Shown: positions 9,505 through 18,654 of the stretch, in pieces
How the letters are laid out: each line of letters starts with the position of its first letter
Numbering within the stretch: position 1 is the first letter of the stretch
NCBI GenBank assembly: GCA_017744855.1
Contig: JAGIAK010000004.1
Location: 811 to 64,810, forward strand
Length of the DNA: 64,000 nucleotides
Source of the DNA: Microbacterium sp.
GTDB lineage: Bacteria; Actinomycetota; Actinomycetes; Actinomycetales; Microbacteriaceae
Reading direction: 5' to 3'
Translations under genes and position numbers: made by a program
Notes under the pieces: generated by a model
Database searches by the model: none
Told to the model about the DNA's origin: nothing
Seen by the model: the letters and a program-made list of their open reading frames with translations, nothing else

Positions 9505-10494
9505 ATGGCTCGGCATCCTGGTCCTCTTCCCGCTACTCTTGGCCCGATCTTCACGCCCGCGCAGGCGCGTGCGGTCGGCGTGACCGCCGGTCGCCTGCGC
9601 GCGAGGGACATCGAGCGTCCGTACCGTGGCGTCCTCTCGGCAGGGCCCGCATCCATACCGGAGTGCGATCCCGACGAACCGCTGGCGCGAGATCGACAAC
9701 AGTACGAGCGCGTGCGACGACGAGCGCGGCTCTATCAGCGTGTGATGGAGCCTCATGCCTTCTTCTGCGACAGGACGGCCGCAGTGCTCTGGGGGCTGCC
9801 GCTCGGCCACGGCGACGACCTCGACGTCGCCGTGGCCGCTCCCCATCGCGCGCCACGCCGCGGCGGCATCCGAGGCAGACAGGTGATGCCCGAACTCGTG
9901 ATGCTAAGAGAACTCGACGGTTTCCGTCTCACGAGCCCGGCGTCGACGTGGGCGATGCTCGGTGCGAGGCTGTCTGTGCGAAGCCTCGTGCGCGTGGGCG
10001 ATGCGATCGTCCGCGTGCCCCGCGAGCGCGGCGGGCACCGCCGGGACGATCTGCAGCTCGCGTCCCTTGCGCGACTCGAGGCCGCCATCGCCGTCGGTCG
10101 ACGGCCAGGTGTTGCGCGTCTGAGAGAGGCGATCGAGATGGTCCGGGTGGGGAGTGCCTCGCCCTTGGAGACGGACTTCCGGCTGGATGCTGCCGCCGAC
10201 GGGCTGCCCGAGCCCGAGCTGGACATCGAGATCAGGGACGCTCGCGGTGTGCTGCTCGGCGTGACGGAGATCGGGTACCGCGAGTACCGCGTGCTCGTGG
10301 AGATCGAGGGCGACCATCACCGCACGTCGAAAGAGCAGTGGAACCGAGACATCGAGAAGTACGCGGCCTACGTCGCCCAGGGATTCGAGGTGGTCCGCCT
10401 CACCGGTGCGCACATCCGCGGGCCCCGCCCCACCGCCACGGCAAGAGTGCGTGAGGCTCTGGTCCGACACGGCTGGCGGCTTGGAGGTTCCTGA
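9505..10494 (+). CDS. AbiEi-like N-terminus plus DUF559/Vsr-like PD-(D/E)XK nuclease domain protein
   Basis: TAAVLWGLPL, TSPASTWAML, SPLETDFRL..GLPEPEL and VEIEGDHH..WNRDIEK..GFEVVRL motifs typical of this actinobacterial family. Confidence 0.75.
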   Translation: MARHPGPLPATLGPIFTPAQARAVGVTAGRLRARDIERPYRGVLSAGPASIPECDPDEPLARDRQQYERVRRRARLYQRVMEPHAFFCDRTAAVLWGLPLGHGDDLDVAVAAPHRAPRRGGIRGRQVMPELVMLRELDGFRLTSPASTWAMLGARLSVRSLVRVGDAIVRVPRERGGHRRDDLQLASLARLEAAIAVGRRPGVARLREAIEMVRVGSASPLETDFRLDAAADGLPEPELDIEIRDARGVLLGVTEIGYREYRVLVEIEGDHHRTSKEQWNRDIEKYAAYVAQGFEVVRLTGAHIRGPRPTATARVREALVRHGWRLGGS

Positions 10495-10503
10495 CGTGCC
10501 CTG

Positions 10504-10732
10504 GTTCGGTTGGCAGCTGGTGCTGCTTCAGGTGTCTGATTCCAGCAACAAGCGCCAGATGAGCGCGGCGAGGGAGGCGCCGCGGTGCTCAGTTGGCTCC
10601 AAATGCTGTCTCAGCGTCCTGATTCCAGCAGGAGGTGCCAGGTGAGCATGGCAAGAAGAGGGACAGAAGTGCTCACTTGGCACTTCTTGCTGCATGCAAG
10701 GGGGCGGATGCAGCAAGAAGGGCCAACTGAAG
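10504..10732. repeat. Three hairpin units with 83-84 bp period, same family as 9232-9397
   Basis: Units start at 10504, 10587 and 10671; GCTCACTTGGCACTTCTTG (10671) is the exact reverse complement of CAAGAAGTGCCAAGTGAGC in the left array. Confidence 0.8.
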
Positions 10733-10750
10733 GCAACCAGAGCCCCTGGC

Positions 10751-11128
10751 TCAGGCCACGTAGACCTTGCGGAGGGTCTCGGTCACGGTCCACACGGTCT
10801 GCATGCCCTCGGCGAGGCGCACGATCGATCCCGCGGAGACCTCCAGCGGCGGGAGAGCGGGCGACACGAACTCGATCACGGCGCGCCCCGACAGCACCAC
10901 GAAGACCTCGTCGGCCTCGGTGTCGGATGCCGTGCCCGGCGTCATCTCCCAGATGCCGACCTCCACGCCGTCGCCGGCATCGCCGAGAGTCGACAGCGCG
11001 ACGGATGCCGTGGTCGGCGCCCCTGCCACGACCTCGGATGCCGGGAGCGCTTCGTGAACGAGCGGCAGAGCGAAGGCGTCCACCCCCGCCCCGGCGTCCA
11101 GCTCTGCCCCGGACTCGCCAGCGCTCAC
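10751..11128 (-). CDS. Cupin domain protein (DUF861/EutQ-like)
   Basis: GIWEMTPG..DEVFVVLSG..WTVTETLRKVY pattern. Confidence 0.85.
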   Translation of the reverse strand: MSAGESGAELDAGAGVDAFALPLVHEALPASEVVAGAPTTASVALSTLGDAGDGVEVGIWEMTPGTASDTEADEVFVVLSGRAVIEFVSPALPPLEVSAGSIVRLAEGMQTVWTVTETLRKVYVA

Positions 11129-12528
11129 GAGTCGAACCCCATGCCGACGGCGTCGAGCGCCTTGAGGAACAGGTTGCGCTTGCCCTCGTTGTGGTCGGCT
11201 TGGTTCATCGCGGCGCGCACGAGGTTGATGCCGATGGCGGCGGCGGGCTCGGGCGGGAAGGGGATCGGCTTCTCCTTCACCATCTTCAACTCCGTGCGCT
11301 CGGTCGACTCGCCGGACAGCTTGTCGAGCATGACGTCGGCGGCGAAGCGTGCAGCGCCGACGCCGAGCCCGGTGAACCCGGTCGCGTAGGCGATGCGTCC
11401 GCGGCGGGCGGTGCCGAAGAACGCGCAGAACCGGCTCGACGAGTCGATCGCGCCCGCCCAGCGGTGCGTGAACGTCAGCCCCTCCAACTGCGGGAACGTC
11501 GTGAAGAAGTGCGAGGCGAGCTTGCGGTGGCTCTCCATGCGGTCCTCGTACTCCGGGCGCACCTTGCCGCCGAAGTGGTAGATCGCGTCGTAACCGCCGA
11601 ACAGGATGCGGTTGTCTGCGGTGAGCCGGTAGTAGTGGAACTGGTTCGCACTGTCGGCGAGTCCCTGGCGGTTCGACCAGCCGATCGACTCCAGCTGAGA
11701 AGCGCTCAGCGGCTCCGTCATCAGCACGTAGTCGTACACGGGCACCGTCATCAGCCGGTTGCGCTTGAGCAGGGACGGGAAGACGTTCGTGGCGAGGGCC
11801 ACGGCATCCGCCGTCACCGTGCCGCTGGGGGTGACCAGCCTGATCAGCCCCGACCCGTCGCCCTCCACCGCGCGCACGATGGAGTGCTCGTAGATCTCCA
11901 CGCCCAGCTCGACCGCGACGCGCGCCAGCTCCATGCCGAGCTTCGCGGGGTGCACCATGGCGCAGCCCTCGCGGTCCCAGTCTCCGGCGAGGAAGGTGGG
12001 CGAGTGCACCTCGGCCTGCACGGCATCCTCATCGAGGAACCCGTGCTCCTCCCGGTACCACTCGACCTGGTGCGGCTCCACGGCCACGGCCAGCTGGCCG
12101 GTGCGCTCGAAGTCCACGTCCATGCCGTACTTCGCGACGGTCGCTTCGATCGCGTCGAGGTTCTCCAGGCCCAGCTCTTCCAGCCGGTCGATCTCCTCGG
12201 GCCAGCGGTTCACGCCGTTCTCGTGGCCGTGCGTGAGGCTGGCCTCGCAGAAGCCGCCGTTGCGGCCGGACGCCGCCCACGCGATGCGCGAGGCCTCCAG
12301 CAGCACGACCCGGCGCTGCGGGTCCCGCTCCTTGGCGCGTACCGCCGTCCACAGGCCCGCATAGCCGCCGCCGACGATGGCGAGATCTGTCGTGAGGTTG
12401 GCGGCGAGCGGCGGGTGCTCGACGCGCTCGACGTCGTCCAGCCAGAACACTCCGAGGCGGGTGTCGCGCAGCGCGGCGTCGATGACGGAGTCCGCGGGTT
12501 TCTGGCGCTCGAAGACGGTGGTTCCCAT
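11125..12528 (-). CDS. FAD-dependent oxidoreductase (PuuB/DadA-like amine oxidase)
   Basis: IVGGGYAGLW and ASGRNGGF motifs; polyamine-catabolism context. Confidence 0.88.
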   Translation of the reverse strand: MGTTVFERQKPADSVIDAALRDTRLGVFWLDDVERVEHPPLAANLTTDLAIVGGGYAGLWTAVRAKERDPQRRVVLLEASRIAWAASGRNGGFCEASLTHGHENGVNRWPEEIDRLEELGLENLDAIEATVAKYGMDVDFERTGQLAVAVEPHQVEWYREEHGFLDEDAVQAEVHSPTFLAGDWDREGCAMVHPAKLGMELARVAVELGVEIYEHSIVRAVEGDGSGLIRLVTPSGTVTADAVALATNVFPSLLKRNRLMTVPVYDYVLMTEPLSASQLESIGWSNRQGLADSANQFHYYRLTADNRILFGGYDAIYHFGGKVRPEYEDRMESHRKLASHFFTTFPQLEGLTFTHRWAGAIDSSSRFCAFFGTARRGRIAYATGFTGLGVGAARFAADVMLDKLSGESTERTELKMVKEKPIPFPPEPAAAIGINLVRAAMNQADHNEGKRNLFLKALDAVGMGFDS

Positions 12529-12556
12529 GAGTGGCTCCCGTGATGAGGGGCGCGCG

Positions 12557-13024
12557 TCAGCGCGTGCCCCAGTTGTAGAGGTCCTTGTAGAGGCCCGCGT
12601 AGAGCAGGCTCTCGGTGTGCACCACCCCGGGGATGGTGCGGATGCGGGTGGCGATCAGGTCGATGAGGTCCTCGTCGCTCTCGCAGACAGCCTCGACGAG
12701 GATGTCGAAGGTGCCGAGGGTGACGACGACGTAGGCGAGCTCGGTGATCTCCGTGAGCTGCTGAGCGATGGCGCGCGGGTCGCTGTCGACGCGGATGCCG
12801 ATCATCGACATACGGTGGAACCCGAGCTGCATCGGATCGGTCACCGCGACGATCTGGATGATGCCTGCCTCGGTCATCCGCTGCACGCGCTGCCGGGCTG
12901 CGGCTTCGCTGAGACCGACCTCGCGGCCGATCTCTGCGTAGGGGCGACGGCCGTCCTCCTGCAGGAGCTCGACGATGCGCTTGGAGATGTCGTCGAGGAC
13001 GGGGTGCTTGGGCGTGGGGCTCAT
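12557..13024 (-). CDS. Lrp/AsnC family transcriptional regulator
   Basis: LDDISKRIVELLQEDGRRPYAEIGREVGLSEAAARQRV HTH; true start at ATG 13024 inside shadow ORF 12557..14536. Confidence 0.92.
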   Translation of the reverse strand: MSPTPKHPVLDDISKRIVELLQEDGRRPYAEIGREVGLSEAAARQRVQRMTEAGIIQIVAVTDPMQLGFHRMSMIGIRVDSDPRAIAQQLTEITELAYVVVTLGTFDILVEAVCESDEDLIDLIATRIRTIPGVVHTESLLYAGLYKDLYNWGTR

Positions 13025-13123
13025 ATGTCGATATTGACACTCTGAGAGTGTGAAAGCAACTGATTCAGTCGTTCTCGGCGAAAGACTCTTCAGAATCCGC
13101 ATGCGCGACGCTACGATGTCACC

Positions 13124-14557
13124 ATGCCCACGACGACGTTGCAGAACTTCATCGGCGGCCGCTCCGTTCCTGTGAACGGCGCCGGCCGGCTCGACCTCAT
13201 CGACCCCGCGACGGAGGAGGTCTACGGCGAGCTGCCGATCTCCGACGCGAGCGACGTCGACGCCGCCTACGCGGCAGCATCCGCGGCCTTCCCGATCTGG
13301 CGCGACACCACGCCGGCCGAGCGCCAGCTCGCGCTGTTCCGCATCGCCGACGAGATGGAGGCGCGGGCCGAGGAGTTCGCCGACCTCGAGTCGCAGGACA
13401 CCGGCAAGCCCCGCACCAGCCTCGTCGCCGACGAGATCGTGCAGTCGATCGATCAGCTCCGCTTCTTCGCCGGGGCCGCGCGCAGCCTGGAGGGTCGCGC
13501 AGCGGGGGAGTATCTCGCCGGACACACCTCCTACGTGCGCCGCGAGCCGGTCGGCGTGATCGGCCAGGTCACGCCGTGGAACTATCCGCTGAACATGGCC
13601 GTGTGGAAGATCGGCCCCGCGCTCGCCGCCGGCAACACCGTCGTGCTCAAGCCCGCGGAGTCCACTCCGCTCACCACGCTGCTGCTCGCCGAGATCGTCG
13701 CGCTGCACACGCCGGCCGGCACTCTCAACGTCGTGCTCGGCGACCGTGACACCGGTGTGGCGCTCGTGGAGCACCCGGTTCCGCAGATGGTCGCGATCAC
13801 CGGGTCGGTGCGCGCCGGTATGGCCGTCGCCCGCTCGGCCGCCGCCGATGTCAAGCGCGTGCACCTGGAACTCGGCGGGAAGGCTCCGGCCGTGGTGTTC
13901 CCTGACGCCGACCTCGCCAAGGCCGTCGACGGCATCATCACCGGCGCCTTCTTCAACGCGGGGCAGGACTGCACGGCGGCGACGCGCGTGCTCGTGCACT
14001 CCTCGATCCACGACGAGTTCGTGGCGGCCCTGGCGGCGAAGGTGAAGACCGACGCCCGCACCGGCGGTCCCCGCGAGGAGGGCGTGCTGTACGGTCCGCT
14101 GTCCAGCGTGGCCCAGCTCGCGCAGGTGCAGGGTTTCGTCGACCGGCTCCCCGCGCACGCGAAGATCGAGGTGGGCGGACGCCGACAGGGCGACAAGGGC
14201 TACTTCTTCGAGGCCACGGTCGTCTCGGGGATGCGGCAGGACGATGAGGCGGTGCAGGGCGAGATCTTCGGCCCCGTGCTCACCGTGCAGTCCTTCGAGA
14301 CCGACGACGAGGCGCTGGAGCTGGCCAACGGCGTGAAGTACGCGCTCGCGGCATCCGTGTGGACCCGCGACCACTCGCGCTCGCTGCGTTTCACCCGCGA
14401 CCTCGACTTCGGCTGCGTGTGGGTGAACACGCACATCCCGTTCGTGTCGGACATGCCGCACGGCGGCTTCAAGCACTCGGGCTACGGCAAGGACCTCTCG
14501 CAGTACGGCTTCGACGACTACACGCGCATCAAGCACGTGATGAGCGCGCTCGACTGA
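13124..14557 (+). CDS. Gamma-aminobutyraldehyde dehydrogenase-like aldehyde dehydrogenase
   Basis: PWNYPL, LELGGKAP, FFNAGQDC and PHGGFKHSGYGKDLS motifs. Confidence 0.9.
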   Translation: MPTTTLQNFIGGRSVPVNGAGRLDLIDPATEEVYGELPISDASDVDAAYAAASAAFPIWRDTTPAERQLALFRIADEMEARAEEFADLESQDTGKPRTSLVADEIVQSIDQLRFFAGAARSLEGRAAGEYLAGHTSYVRREPVGVIGQVTPWNYPLNMAVWKIGPALAAGNTVVLKPAESTPLTTLLLAEIVALHTPAGTLNVVLGDRDTGVALVEHPVPQMVAITGSVRAGMAVARSAAADVKRVHLELGGKAPAVVFPDADLAKAVDGIITGAFFNAGQDCTAATRVLVHSSIHDEFVAALAAKVKTDARTGGPREEGVLYGPLSSVAQLAQVQGFVDRLPAHAKIEVGGRRQGDKGYFFEATVVSGMRQDDEAVQGEIFGPVLTVQSFETDDEALELANGVKYALAASVWTRDHSRSLRFTRDLDFGCVWVNTHIPFVSDMPHGGFKHSGYGKDLSQYGFDDYTRIKHVMSALD

Positions 14558-14584
14558 GCCTCCTCACGAGAAGGGCGGATGCCG

Positions 14585-15118
14585 TCAGGCATCGCCCGAG
14601 CGCAGTTCTTTGACGCGCCGGTGCTCGGCGAAGGTCGCCACGGCGCGCTCGTCGGCCTTCGTCGCGCCGTCGGCGACCCAGCCGTGACGTGCGTAGAAGG
14701 CGTCGGCGCGCTCGTTGCCGTCGAGCACCCACAGGTACGCGCGGGTGTGCCCGGCATCCGCCATCCGGCGCTCCGCCTCTTCCAGCAGGGCGTGTCCGGC
14801 GCCGGTCGACCACGAGTCCGGGTCGGCGTAGATGCCGTAGACCTCGCCGTCCGTCGAGCCGTCGGCGTCGCGACCGGCGCCGAACGACGTCCACCCCACC
14901 ACCTCGCCGTCGCGTTCGGCGACGAGCAGGGCGATCGTCGTGGGGAGCGGATCGGTGATGAAGCGCCGCCAGTTCGCCGCTCGTTCCTCGACGGACAGAC
15001 TGTCGAGGATCTGCTGGTCCATCAGGCCGCGGTAGGCCGCCCGCCAGGAGCGCACGTGCACCCTTGCGACCCCGTCGGCGTCGTCGAGCCGTCCTTCGCG
15101 GATCGTCAGCTGTGTCAT
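14585..15118 (-). CDS. GNAT family N-acetyltransferase
   Basis: WSTGAGHALL and LWVLDGNERADAFYARHGW motifs. Confidence 0.88.
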   Translation of the reverse strand: MTQLTIREGRLDDADGVARVHVRSWRAAYRGLMDQQILDSLSVEERAANWRRFITDPLPTTIALLVAERDGEVVGWTSFGAGRDADGSTDGEVYGIYADPDSWSTGAGHALLEEAERRMADAGHTRAYLWVLDGNERADAFYARHGWVADGATKADERAVATFAEHRRVKELRSGDA

Positions 15119-15222
15119 CCAGCCACCCTAGGCGGTCGACTGCCGCACGGAGGGCGCTGGGGTGTCGACAAGTACGACGCGATGTGTCATGCTGGCCGCG
15201 ACATCCATCGGAGGGTTCGACC

Positions 15223-16362
15223 ATGGCACGTCCCATCGCAGGTCCGCAGTCGCTGCTGAGATCGCTGAACGGCAGGGCGATCCTCGAGAGCCTCGGACGA
15301 CGCGGCCCGCTCACCCGCTCCGAGCTCATGGACGAGACGGGCCTCTCGCGCACGGCCGTCACCCAGGTGCTCCGGATGCTGGAGAGCACAGGAGCCGTGA
15401 CCCCCGCAGGGGTCGACACGCAGACCAGGGGGCCGGCGGCGGCGAAGGTCGCTCTGCATCCGCGTCTCGGCATCGCGGCGGCGGTGCACGTCGACCACCA
15501 CGCAGCCCACGTCGTGCTCGTGGACCCGACCGGCGCCGTTCGCGCGGAGCGTCACGCCGCGTTCCCCCCGCGGGGCGACCGCGTCGAGCACATCGCCGAG
15601 CTGATCGATGCCTGCCTCGGCGAGGTCCGGGCGCCGCTGCTGGTCGCCGTGATCGGCGTGCCGGGGATCGTGACCGCAGACGGCGGCATCCGCGACGATC
15701 AGGGGCCGGACGGAGGCGCCTTCCGCTCCGCACTGAGCACGAGGCTCGGCTGCCCTGTACGGGTGGAGAACGACGTCAACCTCGCCGCGCTCGCCGAGCT
15801 CACCGCGGGCGGAGGTGCCGAGCTGTCCAGCTTCGCCCTGCTGCTCCTCGACGGCGGGCTCGGCGGCGGCATCGTCATCGACGGCGCGCTGCACCGCGGA
15901 TTCTCCGGTGTCGCCGGCGAGATCATGTACCTGCCGCAGCCGCCGCTGCCCATCGCCGCGCCCGTGCTCAGCGAAACCGTCGTGGCCGATCTGGCGCTCG
16001 CCAACGGCCGCGACGTCGACGCCACGATCGACGAGCACCTCGCCGCAGCAGCATACGGTGACGAGTCCGCCCTGGCGATGGCCGCCGAGATGGGCAGGCG
16101 GCTCGTGCTCGTCGCCGGCTCCGTCGCGCTGGTGCTCGACCCCGAGGCATTCATCCTCGGCGGCACGGCCGCGCACCCGGTGCTCGTCGACGCCGTCGCC
16201 CGGGTCGCCGACGAGTACGCCGCCCTGCTGCCGCTGCGGTTCCGGGTGTCGTCCTTCGGCCCGGAGGCTCCGCTCGTCGGCGCCGTGGGCGAGGCGGCTT
16301 CCGCCCTGCGCGTCACCCTCTTCACCCGCATCGTCCCCGTACCCGACAGGAAGACCCGATGA
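15223..16362 (+). CDS. ROK family transcriptional regulator
   Basis: N-terminal HTH, VENDVNLAALAE and GGGIVIDG..GVAGEI motifs; GGAGGG RBS. Confidence 0.88.
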   Translation: MARPIAGPQSLLRSLNGRAILESLGRRGPLTRSELMDETGLSRTAVTQVLRMLESTGAVTPAGVDTQTRGPAAAKVALHPRLGIAAAVHVDHHAAHVVLVDPTGAVRAERHAAFPPRGDRVEHIAELIDACLGEVRAPLLVAVIGVPGIVTADGGIRDDQGPDGGAFRSALSTRLGCPVRVENDVNLAALAELTAGGGAELSSFALLLLDGGLGGGIVIDGALHRGFSGVAGEIMYLPQPPLPIAAPVLSETVVADLALANGRDVDATIDEHLAAAAYGDESALAMAAEMGRRLVLVAGSVALVLDPEAFILGGTAAHPVLVDAVARVADEYAALLPLRFRVSSFGPEAPLVGAVGEAASALRVTLFTRIVPVPDRKTR

Positions 16363-17282
16363 CCACACCTCTCGTCGAAAGGCTCGGCCACCCCGCCGGG
16401 ACCAGGGCGATCATCATCAACGCCGACGACTACGGCATGTGCCACGCGGCCAACACCGCGATCTCGGAGCTGCTCGCGGCGGGGCACGTCGACTCCGCCA
16501 CCATCATGGTGCCGTGCTCCTGGTCGCCCGAGGCGATGGCGTTCGCCGCCTCCCGTACCGACCTCGACGTGGGCGTGCACCTCGTGCTCACGAGCGAATG
16601 GAGCCGCTACCGCTGGCGGCCGCTCACGGGAACCGCCACCACCCTCGTCGACGCAGACGGCTTCTTCCCCGCGGGCGTGGAGGCAGTAGAGAGGGGTGCG
16701 GATACCGAGCAGGTCGCCGCCGAGATCGCCGCGCAGCTGCAGACCGCGTTGGATACCGGCGTCGACGTCACCCACCTCGACAACCACATGGGCTCGGTCT
16801 ACGGGCTGCTCACCGGGCGCGACTTCCTCGGTCCGGTGTTCGCGCTCGCGGCCGCGCAGGGACTGCCGTTCCGGTTGCCGCGGAGCATGGACGGCATCGG
16901 CGACGACCCCGCCATGCAGGAGAAGCTCGACGAGGCCGCTGCGGCGGCGGATGCGCTCGGCGTGGTGATCATCGATCGGCTGTGGTCGCATCCGTTCGAG
17001 CTCGTCGGCGAGGGCACGGCTGAGGAGGAGACCTACGAGCAAGTGCGTGACGGGTTCATCGCCCTGCTGCGGGCCGTCCCCGCCGGCGTCACGGAGTTCT
17101 ACCTCCACCCGATGGTCGACGACGACGAGCTGCGGTCGGCGGTCGACTTCGCGGCCGTGAAGCGCGGGTACGAGCGCCGGCTGCTGGCCGACCCCGTCGT
17201 GCTCCAGGCGATCGCCGACGAGGGGCTGGTGCGGCTGGGGTGGCGCGACCTGCGCGACCTGCAGCGCGGGGACGCACGGTGA
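16359..17282 (+). CDS. ChbG/HpnK/YdjC family carbohydrate deacetylase
   Basis: IINADDYG, GVHLVL and THLDNHMG motifs. Confidence 0.85.
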   Translation: MTTPLVERLGHPAGTRAIIINADDYGMCHAANTAISELLAAGHVDSATIMVPCSWSPEAMAFAASRTDLDVGVHLVLTSEWSRYRWRPLTGTATTLVDADGFFPAGVEAVERGADTEQVAAEIAAQLQTALDTGVDVTHLDNHMGSVYGLLTGRDFLGPVFALAAAQGLPFRLPRSMDGIGDDPAMQEKLDEAAAAADALGVVIIDRLWSHPFELVGEGTAEEETYEQVRDGFIALLRAVPAGVTEFYLHPMVDDDELRSAVDFAAVKRGYERRLLADPVVLQAIADEGLVRLGWRDLRDLQRGDAR

Positions 17283-18601
17283 GCATCCTCTCCACGCTGC
17301 GCGACCGCCGCCTCGACGCCGCCCCCTCGCGCGCCCAGTCCATCGCCTTCGGGGCCTCCGGGTTCCCGACCCAGCTGATGGCGCAGACGTTCTCGGCGTT
17401 CGTCGTCTACTTCTACGTGACGCACCTGGGCGTCCCGCCGGGATGGGTGGCCGTGGCGATGATCGCGCACGGCATCCTCAACGCCGTGCTCAACCCCGTG
17501 GTCGGGGCGCTGTCCGACCGCATCCGCACGCCGTGGGGGCGGCGCATCCCGTGGATCGGTCTGGGCATCGTGCCGCTGGTCGTGGCCTTCGCCCTGGTGT
17601 GGATGCCGCCGGAGCTTCCGGTGGTCGGGCTGATCGTGTGGTTCCTGGTCGTCGTCGCGGTCTACGACATCGCGTTCGTCGTGGTCGTGCTGAACATCTC
17701 CGCGCTGTTCCCTGAGATCTTCCGCAGCACGGAGGAGCGCTCGCGCGGCAATGTGCCGCGGCAGATCTTCGCGATCCTCGGCATGGTGCTCGGCACAGCG
17801 GGAGCGCCCGCGCTGTACGGCTCGATGGGGTGGCCGGGCATGGCGCTCGTCCTCGGCGCGGTCTGCCTCGTCATCCTGGCGTGGTCGTTCGCCGGCGGGA
17901 TGATCGAGCGGAAGGTGCCGGAGGCGGCATCCGAGGCGATGACCTGGGGCAGCCAACTGCGGTTGACGTTCGCGAACAGGGCGTTCGTGCCGTACGTGCT
18001 GGGGTCGCTGTGCGTGCAGACGTCGATCGCGATCATCCTCGCCGCCATCCCCTTCTACGTGCGGTACTCGCTGCACGCGGCGGAGGGCGATGGCAGCATC
18101 CTGCTCGGTGCGATCTTCGTCACCGCGATCCCGTCGATCGTGCTGTGGAGCGCGGTCGTGCGTCGCACGTCGCCGCGCACCGCCGTGCTGTGGAGCGTCG
18201 GGGTGTTCGGCGTCGCCGTGCTCGGCTACTGGCTGCCTTCCTCGGTGCTCGGCGCCGCCCTCGTCGGCGTCGCGGTCGGCGTGGGCGTCGGCGGGCTGCT
18301 GCAGCTGCTCGAGGTGATGCTCTCGCAGATCATCGACGACGACGCCGTGCGCACGGGGCACCGGCGCGAGGGCGCGTACTTCGGGGTGAACGGCTTCGTC
18401 GTGCGCGGCTCCGTGGTGCTGCAGGCGATCGTCGCGGCGGCCGTGCTCACGGCATCCGGCTTCGACGCCGCGCTCGGCGACGCGCAGCCCGCCGCCGTCG
18501 ACGGCGGCGTGCGCCTCATGCTCGCCGTGATCCCGCTGGTGTTCACGGCGCTGGCGTGGCTGTGCTTCTGGCTCTACCCCATCCGCACCCGCGACCTCTG
18601 A
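17279..18601 (+). CDS. MFS glycoside-pentoside-hexuronide family sugar transporter
   Basis: SDRIRTPWGRRIPWI and GHRREGAYFG motifs; about 12 TM segments; GTGA overlap. Confidence 0.88.
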   Translation: MSILSTLRDRRLDAAPSRAQSIAFGASGFPTQLMAQTFSAFVVYFYVTHLGVPPGWVAVAMIAHGILNAVLNPVVGALSDRIRTPWGRRIPWIGLGIVPLVVAFALVWMPPELPVVGLIVWFLVVVAVYDIAFVVVVLNISALFPEIFRSTEERSRGNVPRQIFAILGMVLGTAGAPALYGSMGWPGMALVLGAVCLVILAWSFAGGMIERKVPEAASEAMTWGSQLRLTFANRAFVPYVLGSLCVQTSIAIILAAIPFYVRYSLHAAEGDGSILLGAIFVTAIPSIVLWSAVVRRTSPRTAVLWSVGVFGVAVLGYWLPSSVLGAALVGVAVGVGVGGLLQLLEVMLSQIIDDDAVRTGHRREGAYFGVNGFVVRGSVVLQAIVAAAVLTASGFDAALGDAQPAAVDGGVRLMLAVIPLVFTALAWLCFWLYPIRTRDL

Positions 18602-18611
18602 TCGGCCCACT

Positions 18612-18648
18612 CGCTTCCGCGCTCCCGGAGCAGGCCGGAGCTGGCGGG
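18612..18648. repeat. Left copy of a ~37-bp direct repeat bracketing the peptide-MFS-DUF6875 cassette
   Basis: CGCTTCCGCGCTCCCGGAGCAGGCCGGAGCTGGCGGG versus 20862-20898, four mismatches. Confidence 0.75.
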
Positions 18649-18654
18649 GGTGAG

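Noticed and set aside
9232-10732. Possible CRISPR array or IS terminal inverted repeats
   Set aside because: Units are degenerate ~60-bp hairpins, the two left linkers are near-identical, and the enclosed gene lacks DDE or HUH transposase motifs.
12557-14536. 659-aa ORF suggesting a large Lrp fusion
   Set aside because: The upstream part is antisense to the aldehyde dehydrogenase; the real Lrp gene starts at 13024.
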